Source of the DNA: Cyclobacteriaceae bacterium HetDA_MAG_MS6
GTDB lineage: Bacteria; Bacteroidota; Bacteroidia; Cytophagales; Cyclobacteriaceae
Length of the DNA stretch: 56,942 nt
Reading direction: 5' to 3'
Assembly (NCBI GenBank): GCA_019192485.1
Contig: JAHCMJ010000001.1
Span: forward strand, 1-56,942
Shown: piece after piece, positions 17,343 to 27,960 of the stretch
How the letters are laid out: each line of letters opens with the position of its first letter
Position numbering within the stretch: position 1 is the first letter of the stretch
Made by a program: the position numbers and the translations under genes
Notes under the pieces: generated by a model
Databases searched by the model: none
The model's input: only the letters and a program-made list of their open reading frames with translations
Told to the model about the DNA's origin: nothing

Positions 17343-20300
17343 TTATTCCAAAAACCTGGCATGTATCAAAGCACCAATGTGATATTTATCCTCACTTAGG
17401 ATTAAATCAAATTCATTTTGAGCTTTAACAAGGTTTCCCAACCCTAAATGTCCTAATCCCATTAGATAGTGACAATATATTTCGTGGCGTTTCTGTAAGT
17501 CTTCTTCGAAAATCAATAAATCTGGTAATGAGACAGCAAAGTAGTCCATTTTGAAAGGAACATCTAACTGTTCTTCGCCGTGTTTCAGCAGTTTATTGAA
17601 ACGACTATTGGCCTCCTTTTCCCGACCTAGTTTTGTCAAAGCCCTGCCTTGATAAAAAATCTTGTCAGGCTCTTGGTCGTTGTAGTAGATGGCAGCTGCT
17701 GGCTCTGAGAATCCTGTTGCGGCAGCCTCCCATGCTTCATTTGCTTGATCAATATCACCCGTACCTTCATACGCGCAACCTAGCCAGTAGTTAATATCGT
17801 TCTCTTGCATTCCATATAACTTACCCTCCCCTAGATTATGTGGATATTCGGAGGCCTGACTCAAATGATCAATAGCCGCTTGGTATTCACCTTTAGCAAT
17901 TGCCTTCTTAGCCAATTCGATATGGCAGTAAAGATATTGGCCGATTACTTTACCTTCTCCGCCCTCCCATGGGTGGAACTGACGCTTCATCATGAGTTCG
18001 AGGGCTTCTTCTTCCTGACCATGTAAGTTCAATAGTGTGACCTGTTCCAAATACAAATCATCTCGGTAGTCAACAGATTCCGAACAATTTTGCAGGATTT
18101 GAAGTCTAATTTCTTTTTCTACTCCTAGCCTTTTATACAGTTGATCTAGCTCCATGAGAACGCGGGCATCGGTTTTGTCAAGTTCAAAAGCTTTTTCCAA
18201 CGATTCTCGGGCCGCCTGACGTTTATTTTGTTTGTTAAAATACCCCAATCCCAGGTTACGATGAGCTGTTGGAAAAGTATCATCAATCTCCACTGATTTC
18301 TCCCAACACGCTATCGCCTCCTCATGCTGCCGAGCTCCATACCAAAAGTTACCAGTGTAGTACCAAGCTTTTGCATCTGTTGGATTTAAATCCGTAGCTC
18401 TTTGAAGCATGATAAGTTCCTCGATCCGATTGGGAAAACAAAAATCCGGAGCCAAGGTCGACGCTATCTCAAAGTTTTCTATTGCAGCCTTTTGATCGCC
18501 CGTCAACCATAAGTAATAGCCTTTGGCGTATTGGGCAATAGGGTAAGTATCCTTTGTACTGCTGAAATAAGGTGTTATAAAATCCAATGCCTCTGAGTAA
18601 CATCCCGCCGCCGCGTAGTCCAGGGAGCATTCAATATAATGATGCACATACCCTCTCATAAGATTTTGAAGCTTGGCAAGTATCAAAGTGTCTTGAGTCA
18701 GCAGGTATTGCTCATAGATAACGCCAAAATTGAACTTATCCATTTCGAGCGTTTCAGTTGCCCACTGCATAGCCTTATGTTTTTCATCAGCTTTGCGCAA
18801 TAAGACAACCTTTAGATGGCGTCCTTTTTGATTCAGATTGTTTCGCGATAGTGATCGCTCAATCATTTCAAGTGCTCTCGCATAGTCACCTTTGGATGCA
18901 TCGATCAGTGCACAGTGATAGAAACCGCTATCTTGGCAGGCACCGTTCCAAGTGGATTTAAAGAAATAATCATATGCCTCATCCACCTTGTCCTGCAAGC
19001 GTAAGCATAGCCCCAGGTTAAATAGCGGCTCTCCATCATAAGGATTAGGGTTTCGCTCCGTCAAGGTTTCAATGGCAGTACGGAAGAATGGCTCTGCTTT
19101 CGCCAATTGCCCTCGTTTCATCAGCCAAAGACCCATAGCGTTGTTATTGCGAACATCATTGGGTTCACGTCGTAAGGCTTCCAGATAGTATTCGGTAGGT
19201 CGATAGGTCGCATGTCGATATTGCTCTAAATGTAAGCCGCGCAAGTAGAGCTGCTCAATAGAAGCAATGTCCTGAGGGGCTTTTGCTGCTTTTGCTGGTC
19301 TCGGAATGGACTTTAGCTCTTCCGGTTCGGTTGTCCAGTCCACTAATACTTTCCCATGGTCATCGCATACACTGATGTAAGTACTTTCCATGTGAATATC
19401 GCCATTGATCTCCTGTTCGAAACTCGCCTCAGGAGAGAGATTCACTCTTTGCTCGAGTAATGTGCTATCTTTTGAGATGAGTTGTATCGAGGCGTTGGGA
19501 TATTCGGCAGTGGTGAAGACCTTGAGTCTGTACACCCCATTTTCTTCTTCCAAGTTCACCATCGCTTCTTTCGTCGCATTTTTCACCATACCCAAATCTC
19601 GATAAGGCATAAAATACTGCTTGAAGCTCTTTTCCTCGTATGGCTGCAGCCATGCAAAATCGGGCTGATTGTCGGTATAGACACCACACATGAGCTCAAC
19701 ATATGGGCCATCTTGATCGGTGAGGTTACGATCCCAGGCATAGCCGAAATCGCCATTACCCCAGGTCCATTGTTTTTTCCCAGGCGACTGATGATGATCA
19801 GCCACATGTAAAAGTCCGCTCTTCGAATCATTTTCATAACCACCGACAAAATCGTACTTGGATTTGATGGCCATATAAGAAGTTGGCACTGGTATGTTTT
19901 TATAACGGGATATATCTACGCCTGATGAATAATCCACTTTGTAATATTTACCAGTAGCAATAGGAAAACTCGATACATCCCGCTTACCATGGTCAAATAC
20001 GGCATTCACATCAGGGGGGAAAACAGATTGATAATGGTCATTGACAGCGACGGCAGGATTTGCCCACCACAGGAAAGTTTGAGGGTGAGGTGTTCCATTG
20101 TAAAGCTTAACTTTGATTTCAAGATATGCTTTGTCATGGTATAGCGTGAACCCGGCCATACCTTTGGTACGAAACATACGCTCCGTCTCACTACACCAAA
20201 CAGTTATGCTGCCATCCAAGTTTTCTTCAATTGTAGAATCTACAGGATCATAGGTAGACGGCCGATGGTGTTGTGGCCAATTGAACTCAATTCCACCTGA

Positions 20301-20633
20301 AATCCATGGGCCGGTGAGCCCTACCAATGCGGGTTTAATTACTTGATTATAGTAGACAAAATGACGCTGTTTAATTTTATCATAAGCCATTTGCACGCGC
20401 CCGCCCAATTCAGGTAACAGCATTATTTTAATATACTTATTCTCAATGTAAATAGCGCTCCACTGCTTGTCCTTTTTCTCATCTTCGATTTTCTCAATTA
20501 CAGGATGAGGATATACCACGCCACTACTCCCTTGATACACCCTTTTTTCCGAAAAAATAGGATTTTTCTCAGGTTTTCCAACTTCATAGGTGGGTATGGT
20601 TACTTCTTCATACCAGGCTTTGACTTCATGCAT
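17343..20633 (-). CDS. DUF5107 domain protein with a long C-terminal TPR region
   Basis: 1096 aa with no signal peptide. The N-terminal 450 aa or so look beta-rich and mutarotase-like (GGIEFNWPQHHRPST, LWWANPAV, KKQWTWGNGDFG). The C-terminal 600 aa or so are TPR-like repeats. Confidence 0.85.
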   Translation of the reverse strand: MHEVKAWYEEVTIPTYEVGKPEKNPIFSEKRVYQGSSGVVYPHPVIEKIEDEKKDKQWSAIYIENKYIKIMLLPELGGRVQMAYDKIKQRHFVYYNQVIKPALVGLTGPWISGGIEFNWPQHHRPSTYDPVDSTIEENLDGSITVWCSETERMFRTKGMAGFTLYHDKAYLEIKVKLYNGTPHPQTFLWWANPAVAVNDHYQSVFPPDVNAVFDHGKRDVSSFPIATGKYYKVDYSSGVDISRYKNIPVPTSYMAIKSKYDFVGGYENDSKSGLLHVADHHQSPGKKQWTWGNGDFGYAWDRNLTDQDGPYVELMCGVYTDNQPDFAWLQPYEEKSFKQYFMPYRDLGMVKNATKEAMVNLEEENGVYRLKVFTTAEYPNASIQLISKDSTLLEQRVNLSPEASFEQEINGDIHMESTYISVCDDHGKVLVDWTTEPEELKSIPRPAKAAKAPQDIASIEQLYLRGLHLEQYRHATYRPTEYYLEALRREPNDVRNNNAMGLWLMKRGQLAKAEPFFRTAIETLTERNPNPYDGEPLFNLGLCLRLQDKVDEAYDYFFKSTWNGACQDSGFYHCALIDASKGDYARALEMIERSLSRNNLNQKGRHLKVVLLRKADEKHKAMQWATETLEMDKFNFGVIYEQYLLTQDTLILAKLQNLMRGYVHHYIECSLDYAAAGCYSEALDFITPYFSSTKDTYPIAQYAKGYYLWLTGDQKAAIENFEIASTLAPDFCFPNRIEELIMLQRATDLNPTDAKAWYYTGNFWYGARQHEEAIACWEKSVEIDDTFPTAHRNLGLGYFNKQNKRQAARESLEKAFELDKTDARVLMELDQLYKRLGVEKEIRLQILQNCSESVDYRDDLYLEQVTLLNLHGQEEEALELMMKRQFHPWEGGEGKVIGQYLYCHIELAKKAIAKGEYQAAIDHLSQASEYPHNLGEGKLYGMQENDINYWLGCAYEGTGDIDQANEAWEAAATGFSEPAAAIYYNDQEPDKIFYQGRALTKLGREKEANSRFNKLLKHGEEQLDVPFKMDYFAVSLPDLLIFEEDLQKRHEIYCHYLMGLGHLGLGNLVKAQNEFDLILSEDKYHIGALIHARFLE

Positions 20634-20673
20634 TGGCGCTAAAATTTTAGAGAATTCCGGAAGGGTAAATCTG

Positions 20674-20889
20674 TTATTTCACAAAACGAATTGTTATATC
20701 TGCCTTCCTCGGGCTCAAACTCAAAAAATTCATGGATAGGAGATGTTGACCAAGGCTACCGGGAGTCTTCCATGAACTTGTTGTGCTTTTCATGAAGGTG
20801 GTCATACAATCCTCGTCATTGTAAATCAATGGCTTGTATCCACGATCATTTAATCCTTGGCTCCCGGGGTCTGGTGAAATATTTTTCAT
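20674..20889 (-). CDS. Hypothetical 71-aa protein (weak call)
   Basis: The ORF fills the 284-nt gap between the sugar porter and the DUF5107 gene on the same strand, leaving gaps of 28 and 40 nt. I recognise no motif. Confidence 0.3.
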   Translation of the reverse strand: MKNISPDPGSQGLNDRGYKPLIYNDEDCMTTFMKSTTSSWKTPGSLGQHLLSMNFLSLSPRKADITIRFVK

Positions 20890-20917
20890 TTGTAAAGTGG
20901 TTTTGATGCGCTTGAAG

Positions 20918-22336
20918 TTATCTCATGATCTCCCTTTCAATCTCCTCCAGTGACTTTTCTTTCGTTTCTGGCAAACGCCTGTAGATAAACATCAATCCGG
21001 CCAGGCAGATGCCCCCGTACAGCCAGAAGGTTCCCGACACGCCTAAAGCCTTATTGAAAAAAGGAAACGTATAAGTCAGCGCAAAGCTTCCGGTCCACAG
21101 GGTTAAGGTGGCGACAGCCATAGCTGCACCTCTGATTTTATTAGGAAAAATCTCTGAGATGATTACCCAAACAACAGGTGCCAGGGACATAGAATAGGTG
21201 GCTATAGCCAACAATACGAGCGCTAAAAGGGCCCAACTTGAAATACTAAAATAATAGGCTGCTCCTATCAATATGTATAAGAATGACAAACCTGATGATC
21301 CTATTAGCATCAGTCTCCTGCGCCCTAGTTTGTCGACAGTGGAGATGGCCACAAATGTAAATACCAGGTTGATTACACCTGTAATCACAATATTGAATAA
21401 GATATCGGAAACACCAAATCCTGCCGCTTCAAATACCTCTTCGGCGTAATTGAATACTACGTTAATGCCACACCATTGCTGAAAAACGGCAAGAACAATT
21501 CCAATCCATAAAATGGGACGGATTTTACGCTCTTGTAAATGTGCAAAATTGACCCTACCTCCATCTTCTTTTAAAGTTTTACTAATGTCTTCATACTCCT
21601 GTATCGCATATCCCTTACCTCCTATTTTTCTGAGAATTGTCATCACCTTTGCCTCGTTACCATTTTTGATCAACCAACGCGGGCTTTCAGGCACTAAAAC
21701 CATGAGCAATAAAAATGAACCTGCAGGGATCACTTCCGCCCAAAACATATATCGCCAGCCCATTTGTCCGTTCCATGAGGCTAAGATGTCAGCGTCGGAA
21801 AACTCTTCGGGAACAGGTACTGCAATTTGCCAGTTAATTAGCTGAGCTGCCAAGATTCCAATGACGATTGTAAGCTGATTGAGCGAGACAAATTTTCCCC
21901 GGACAGAGGCTGGGGCTATTTCGGCGATGTACATCGGCGATAGATTGTATGCCAATCCGATTCCAACTCCTCCCATGATACGATACATCACAAAAAGTGT
22001 GAAATTTGATGTGGCCCCCGTTCCTATGGCTGATAAGGTGAATAGAAAAGCAGAGAAGGCTAGTAAACGTTTTCTGCCATATTTATCACTCAACAAACCG
22101 GACAAAATGGCTCCCAACAAGCAACCCGCAAGAGCACTGCTCATTGTCCAGCCTTGTAAGTTGGGATTATCAGTAATTTGAAAAAATTGCTCATAAAAGG
22201 GTTTTGCCCCACCAATAACTACCCAGTCATAACCAAATAAAAGGCCTCCCATCGCCGCTACCAAAGATATTTTGAAAATATACCCAGAGTTGTATTCAGA
22301 AGACTTCATTTCGTATACGTCACCCTTTTCTTTCAT
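20918..22336 (-). CDS. Sugar porter family MFS transporter (sugar:H+ symporter)
   Basis: 472 aa, 12 TM. Signatures: GLLSDKYGRKRLL, PESPRWL, and VDKLGRRRLML plus PETKEKSLEEIE at the C-terminus. Confidence 0.92.
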   Translation of the reverse strand: MKEKGDVYEMKSSEYNSGYIFKISLVAAMGGLLFGYDWVVIGGAKPFYEQFFQITDNPNLQGWTMSSALAGCLLGAILSGLLSDKYGRKRLLAFSAFLFTLSAIGTGATSNFTLFVMYRIMGGVGIGLAYNLSPMYIAEIAPASVRGKFVSLNQLTIVIGILAAQLINWQIAVPVPEEFSDADILASWNGQMGWRYMFWAEVIPAGSFLLLMVLVPESPRWLIKNGNEAKVMTILRKIGGKGYAIQEYEDISKTLKEDGGRVNFAHLQERKIRPILWIGIVLAVFQQWCGINVVFNYAEEVFEAAGFGVSDILFNIVITGVINLVFTFVAISTVDKLGRRRLMLIGSSGLSFLYILIGAAYYFSISSWALLALVLLAIATYSMSLAPVVWVIISEIFPNKIRGAAMAVATLTLWTGSFALTYTFPFFNKALGVSGTFWLYGGICLAGLMFIYRRLPETKEKSLEEIEREIMR

Positions 22337-22376
22337 GTAGCATGCACAAAAGAATGCAATTGATCGCCAGCGAAAA

Positions 22377-23312
22377 ATGGATATCCAACCTAAATTAATG
22401 GATTATATTCCTACTTTAGAAAACAGATTCGGCAATAGCATTTTATGTTATATGGAGCAGCAAAGAAGTGTCGTAATACCCGATTTTGAGATTAAAAAGC
22501 TCGTAAAAGACAGCTTGAACTCAATGTTGTATCTGACTGATATTGGTTTCTATCCAAAAGCTTCCGGGCATTATAGGAAGAGAAAAGATGGATGTAATCA
22601 GCATATCCTCATATATTGTGTAAGCGGAAAAGGTTGGATATCGGTCAATGGAAATCAGTTTCAAGTCAAAGAAAATCAATACTTCGTCATTCCGAAGAAA
22701 GTGCCCCATAGCTATGGGAGTGATAAGCAGCATCCATGGAGTATTTATTGGCTTCACTATTTAGGCACGCTATCCGATGATTTCTCAAAACTGACTAAAA
22801 GTCCGCAAACCATTTTGTTGTCAACTATCGCTCGAATGCAAAACCGTATTGAGTTATTCGAGGAAATGCTCCAAAACCTTGAAATAGGCTTCTCAAAAGA
22901 AAACATTCAATATGCCAATATCTGTTTGATGCATTTTCTTGCTTCCTTTAAATTCTTAAATCAATACAGACAAATAAGAAAGAGAGATGAATTTGATCCG
23001 ATTGAAAGATCAATAAGATATATGAGGGAAAGAATCTCGGATAAGTTATCACTGACGAAGTTATCTCAAAACGCCAATCTATCACCATCACAATATTCAT
23101 TATTGTTTAAGAATAAAACCGGAAAGCCACCACTTGATTATCTGATCCGGATGAGGGTTCAACGAGCGTGTCAAATGCTGAATACCACTAATTTAAAAGT
23201 AAAGGAAATAGCTCATCTTGTAGGCTATGACGACCCTTATTACTTTTCTCGAGTTTTTCATAAAACGATGGGAACATCACCCAGAGATTATCGAAAATTT
23301 CCCAAAGGATGA
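22377..23312 (+). CDS. AraC family transcriptional regulator (cupin sensor plus HTH)
   Basis: 311 aa. An N-terminal cupin-like AraC binding domain and a C-terminal double HTH (LSLTKLSQNANLSPSQYSLLFK..., IAHLVGYDDPYYFSRVFHKTMGTSPRDYRK). It is divergent from the porter with only a 40-bp spacer. Confidence 0.9.
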   Translation: MDIQPKLMDYIPTLENRFGNSILCYMEQQRSVVIPDFEIKKLVKDSLNSMLYLTDIGFYPKASGHYRKRKDGCNQHILIYCVSGKGWISVNGNQFQVKENQYFVIPKKVPHSYGSDKQHPWSIYWLHYLGTLSDDFSKLTKSPQTILLSTIARMQNRIELFEEMLQNLEIGFSKENIQYANICLMHFLASFKFLNQYRQIRKRDEFDPIERSIRYMRERISDKLSLTKLSQNANLSPSQYSLLFKNKTGKPPLDYLIRMRVQRACQMLNTTNLKVKEIAHLVGYDDPYYFSRVFHKTMGTSPRDYRKFPKG

Positions 23313-23552
23313 GACCTTACCTTTTTATAAGTTATCCTAATCTTAAGTAGCAAAATGAGTTGACTAAATGTCCTGCGTTTGTTCATCATCGCGAACCAAA
23401 CGCCTAACAAAGTCTTAATTCATCCAATGCAGCAATTAAGCTTCACATATACAACTGTGTTTTAATCTTGTCCTTATTACTAAAACTAATGTGCTCCTAT
23501 ATTACAGGAATGAAGATATGCCAGTCGCTCCGCAGGTAAATCAAAAAATTAC

Positions 23553-24035
23553 TTAATCTCCAGCCCAGGTAGAGTGCATCATCTTCAACCGCCAGCCATC
23601 ATCGGTTTGCACCGCGAGAGCGCTCTCCAACCACCTTGCCTCACGAACTAAAGTATCAGCACGGATAAACTGAGCATAATTATAATAGGCAATCTGCATA
23701 GATGAGCCATACTTCTCAATGGAGAGATATTCCATCCTGTTAGTTCGCGTTGGCCTATCAACATCTGCTAGTTTTCGACGCATATATCCTTTTATCTTAT
23801 CATTGTCCCATACTTCTCCCTGCTCTAGAATGATAAAATCATCTGTGTGATAATTGCCGATTTTAGTAGAATCTACACCTGCCCATAAATCATCAAATGC
23901 TCCCTGAATCAGGTTCTTAGCAGTTTGTATTTCTTCTGGTGTAATGGAGTCCATTTGACCTGAGGTATCAGAAGGTTGACAAGCGGCCAACATCCAAATC
24001 AATGTGGGAAAGTATACTATTCGATCTGTCATCAC
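23553..24035 (-). CDS. SnoaL-like / DUF4440 (NTF2-fold) lipoprotein
   Basis: 160 aa. Lipobox LAAC. The size and pattern (DDFIILEQGEVW..., ...GWRLKMMHSTW) fit an NTF2-like fold. Confidence 0.65.
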   Translation of the reverse strand: MMTDRIVYFPTLIWMLAACQPSDTSGQMDSITPEEIQTAKNLIQGAFDDLWAGVDSTKIGNYHTDDFIILEQGEVWDNDKIKGYMRRKLADVDRPTRTNRMEYLSIEKYGSSMQIAYYNYAQFIRADTLVREARWLESALAVQTDDGWRLKMMHSTWAGD

Positions 24036-24172
24036 GGGATATTTAATTGGAGGAGCTAAGATAGTGATAACTTACCCTTCACTACTACTGATTTTATCAA
24101 AGCTCATACAGAGACAGAATCCTCTGGCATCAGTAAGATATGCGAAAAGATCAGTCAGGACATACGGAGCAA

Positions 24173-25057
24173 TCAAGCTTTTAACCTTGTCACAAATCCA
24201 CGAAGATTATCCTTTTCACTCAGACCTAGCTTTTTCTTAAGTCGGTTCATCGCCCGGTCTACCGAAGTACGAGCTACATTTGTAAAACTAGCAATCTCTT
24301 TATTGCCCAGACCTATTCTGATGTAGGCGCAGAGTTTATGATCGTTTTGAGATAGTCCCTTGAACTCACTCGTCAGGTAATCAAAAAAACCGGGGTGGAC
24401 ATCATCGAAATGGCGTTTAAAATTGAACCAGCTCTTTTCCAGATTGAGCTGGCTTTTTAGCTCTCGCTCGATTGCTTTGATGTCAGTAGCATAGACATAG
24501 TTGGTAATCCGATTGAGTCTACTTACCTGATCCAGGAGTTTGTTGAGTAGCTGGTTTTTCTGAAAATCAAACATGGTCATACTACTCAGCTCTCTCTCCT
24601 TCTGCTCTAGAGTCTGCTGGATGAGTTCTTTCTCCTTATTCAATAGATTCTTGATATCCTCTTGCTGTTGCCTGATCCTCAAAGAGGATCTTGCTCTAGC
24701 ACAAAACTCTCTCTTTTCAAGAGGTTTTCGCAGAAAGTCCACCGCACCACTTTCCAAGGCTGTTTCCAGATCTGCAGAATCGACCATTGTTCCAGTGGCT
24801 ATAATCACAGGAATCTCGCAAGTAGCAGGATCTGTCATAAGTACTCTTAGCGCCTGGATGCCTGTTAGCTTAGGCATTTCCCAATCCATAATGATTAAAT
24901 CAGGATTTTCTGTTCGAGCCAGGTGGATAGCTCTCTCCCCATCTGGTGCGTAAATAACTTCAGCTGGATGCTCCTTGATAAAATCCAATATGGTCTCCAA
25001 AACCGTTGGATCATCATCAGCCACCAGCAATTTCGTTTCACCGTTCATGACATTCAT
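24173..25057 (-). CDS. Response regulator with a C-terminal LuxR/GerE-type HTH
   Basis: 294 aa. Receiver domain (LLVADDDPTV, DLIIMDWEMPKLTG, KP), a coiled-coil linker, and an HTH (LSQNDHKLCAYIRIGLGNKEIASFTNVARTSVDRAMNRLKKKLG). Its ATG overlaps the kinase stop as ATGA. Confidence 0.85.
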   Translation of the reverse strand: MNVMNGETKLLVADDDPTVLETILDFIKEHPAEVIYAPDGERAIHLARTENPDLIIMDWEMPKLTGIQALRVLMTDPATCEIPVIIATGTMVDSADLETALESGAVDFLRKPLEKREFCARARSSLRIRQQQEDIKNLLNKEKELIQQTLEQKERELSSMTMFDFQKNQLLNKLLDQVSRLNRITNYVYATDIKAIERELKSQLNLEKSWFNFKRHFDDVHPGFFDYLTSEFKGLSQNDHKLCAYIRIGLGNKEIASFTNVARTSVDRAMNRLKKKLGLSEKDNLRGFVTRLKA

Positions 25058-27390
25058 AGCCTCGGCATTTGAGAGATTTGATCCTGCAAGTCCTGTAGTA
25101 TTCGACTGAAAGTTTCCTGATCACCATTGTACATAACTTCAGTAATCCTGATTTTCCAGGCTTCTATTGCTGTGGAGGTATTTAGTTGCTCCAATATGTT
25201 ATCCAACCGTGTGACCTGGTAAACCTTCAACGCCTGAAGCTCCAGCAGCTTCTTTTGCAACATATCCTTTTCAGCCTGAGTCAGGCTCGGTAGTTCAAGG
25301 TTAGATACTATTTTTTTGACTTCTTGCTCATGGGCCTCCGGTATGATTTCAGCGTCTGGGAGCGTAATAGTAAAGGTGCTGCCTTTGCCTTGTTGAGATT
25401 GCACATCGATCTCTCCGCCATGTGCTTCGACCGCAAGCTTACAAAATGCTAAACCTAAGCCGGTAGAAGCGGCATGACCTGATGGTTTTTGTGGCCCTTG
25501 CCAGTATTTTTCAAACACATGATCTATACTCTCTGGACTGATTCCTGGCCCCTGATCCGTTACTGCAATATGAAGTCTATGACTACTACTTGCTACACAC
25601 TGTACATCGATTTTTACAGCACTATTAACTGGTGAATATTTAATCGCATTGGTCAGGAGGTTAACCAATACTCTAGTAATGAGATCACTATCCAACCTAA
25701 CCATTGTGCGTTCTTCTGCATTATGCGAAACCTGGATATTCTTGATTTTTAACAATACCCCAACTTGCTCTATAGCATCTCGCAAAAGATCATTTAACTG
25801 ATGTCGTTTTTTTATGGGTTTGATCTTAGTCTCTTCGAATTTTTGTACATCGAGCATATTAATCACTAGATTGAGAGCCAGATACCCCGATCGGGCTATG
25901 CTGTTCATCTTTTGCTTATCTGGCCGACCTTGCGAAAGGTTCACCACTGCATTCAAGGCATTCTTCATATCATGAGCAATCATATGGGTCAAACCCTCTT
26001 TGAAGTTGTTCAACTTGATTAGCGATTTATTGATCTGCCTGATCGTGTGATTTTTTTCAGCCAGGAGCAAGACTCCCTTTTTATTGACCCGATACAATCG
26101 AAAATAGATCATCCCAAAAATCAATAGACCAATCAGACCTCCAGCCAAGTAATATTTAGATGCTTTTTCTTTTTTAATCTTGCTCTCAAATATTAGTTTT
26201 TCCTTTTCCTGATCAGCCAGAAGTTGCTGCTTCTCTTTCTCAGCCTGATGTCTCGCCTCTAAACGAGCCAGGGCCATTATTTTGTCCTCGCTACGAATAG
26301 AATCTTGCATAGCCATCTGTATCTCACTATAATATAGCGCTTTACGAAAATCCCCTTTTTCCTTATGTAGCAGGTGCAATTCCTTGGCTGCAGTTCCTAT
26401 ATCCTCTCTGGCACCCAGTTGCGTCGAAAGTCTGAAAGCCTTGACCAATGTAGCATTTGCCTCCGCTATTCGTCCTTTTTTCCTTTGTGCTTTACCAAGC
26501 AAATTGTAGGCCGTCGCCATTATCTTGATCTCCGAGCAGGACTCGAGTAACTCCAAAGTACGCTCGGAATAGTATACTACTGAATCTAACTGGTTAGTGG
26601 CATACATAACCCTACTGATACCAACAAGTGGGTAAGCCTGATGACAATATGCGTCACTCTCAAGTGAATAGACAATAGACTTTCGATAGTTTTGAAGTGC
26701 CTTATCAAACAGTTTGAGTTTGGTTTGAATCAGTCCGATATTGTTGAGGAGTTGGGCCAAGCTAAACTTGTTATCAAACTGTCTCCATATATCCATGGAG
26801 CGCTGAAAATGCTCAAGTGCCAATTCATGGTCACCGATATTATTATAAATTAATCCAATGTTATTAAGTGCAGCAGCCTGGTCCTTAAGGTTGCCAAGCT
26901 GCTCGTCGATAACCAGTGATTGTTGAAAACGGTCAAGAGCTTTAGGATACTCCCCCTTATTCCAGAAAATAAGACCGACATTATTCAGAACAGCAGAAAG
27001 CCGTCTCAGGTCATTGACCTCTTTTGCCAACACCTCACTTTGCTCATAGAAGTATGTGGCAGAATCAAAGTTTCCTTTGAGATGGTATCCTACGCCGAGG
27101 CAATAATAGCTGAAAGCTAACCCTTTTGTGAGGTCTTTTTCCTTCGCTAGTAAGTGTGCTTTGCGAGCAAAAAACAAAGTCGTGTCCTCACTGATATATC
27201 GATACTGGAGCGCAATATCATTGAGTAGAATCACCTTGGATGTATCAGAAGTGGCTACCTGGTACGCTTGCTTGAGACTATCCAGGCGCTGGTTTTGAGC
27301 CTCTAACCCAATAGAGAATAAATCGCAACAAAGGGTCGCAAAAATGATAAAAACTGCCTTTTTCAACGGTTCAGGCTGGTTAAAATCCAC
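25054..27390 (-). CDS. TPR-repeat sensor histidine kinase
   Basis: 778 aa with a GTG start. Signal peptide, about 8 TPR units, one TM (YYLAGGLIGLLIFGMIYF), HisKA H-box (LTHMIAHDMKNAL), HATPase_c N/G boxes (NLLTNAIKYSP, DQGPGI, GLGLAFCK), then a C-terminal helical tail of about 105 aa. Confidence 0.9.
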   Translation of the reverse strand: MDFNQPEPLKKAVFIIFATLCCDLFSIGLEAQNQRLDSLKQAYQVATSDTSKVILLNDIALQYRYISEDTTLFFARKAHLLAKEKDLTKGLAFSYYCLGVGYHLKGNFDSATYFYEQSEVLAKEVNDLRRLSAVLNNVGLIFWNKGEYPKALDRFQQSLVIDEQLGNLKDQAAALNNIGLIYNNIGDHELALEHFQRSMDIWRQFDNKFSLAQLLNNIGLIQTKLKLFDKALQNYRKSIVYSLESDAYCHQAYPLVGISRVMYATNQLDSVVYYSERTLELLESCSEIKIMATAYNLLGKAQRKKGRIAEANATLVKAFRLSTQLGAREDIGTAAKELHLLHKEKGDFRKALYYSEIQMAMQDSIRSEDKIMALARLEARHQAEKEKQQLLADQEKEKLIFESKIKKEKASKYYLAGGLIGLLIFGMIYFRLYRVNKKGVLLLAEKNHTIRQINKSLIKLNNFKEGLTHMIAHDMKNALNAVVNLSQGRPDKQKMNSIARSGYLALNLVINMLDVQKFEETKIKPIKKRHQLNDLLRDAIEQVGVLLKIKNIQVSHNAEERTMVRLDSDLITRVLVNLLTNAIKYSPVNSAVKIDVQCVASSSHRLHIAVTDQGPGISPESIDHVFEKYWQGPQKPSGHAASTGLGLAFCKLAVEAHGGEIDVQSQQGKGSTFTITLPDAEIIPEAHEQEVKKIVSNLELPSLTQAEKDMLQKKLLELQALKVYQVTRLDNILEQLNTSTAIEAWKIRITEVMYNGDQETFSRILQDLQDQISQMPRL

Positions 27391-27960
27391 GAAGCAAACC
27401 GATAGCGCAGGTCCGCATGAGGGGCTTGCTGGACGAAACTTATTTAAAAATACAGGAATCTACAATCAACTGAAAACTAGCCGATTAAAAAAGTATAAAA
27501 AGAGAAAGAGGATGCCCCACTATGGGAACAACCTCAATCCTACCGCCAAGTAATGTTCAAAACCTTATTGCCTCCATCCTACACCACTCCCTACCGGAGT
27601 ATTTAAGGAAGGCACATCCACAAACCGGATTTGATTCCGGCTGTCATCCGCTGGTTGGATGTTTCAATACGTCAAATGCAACTACTCCCATTTTCAATGA
27701 CAAAGTGGACGTGCCAACCCTAGCTTACTCACTAAACTTTTTCGATGTAATTCCGGTCGACTACCTCCTAGCATTTACTTACCCACAGCTGTATTAAATC
27801 ATCACTATTTTCGCTGATGCAAGATTACAAATCACTAAAATCAGGCAGCAGATTTTCTCCAGACAAATGCTAGACACACTTTTTTTACCTTTATAAAGGT
27901 CGACGATACAATGGGGTAGTAGACAGCTCAATCCCATGCGTCTTACATTAAAAGACCTTC

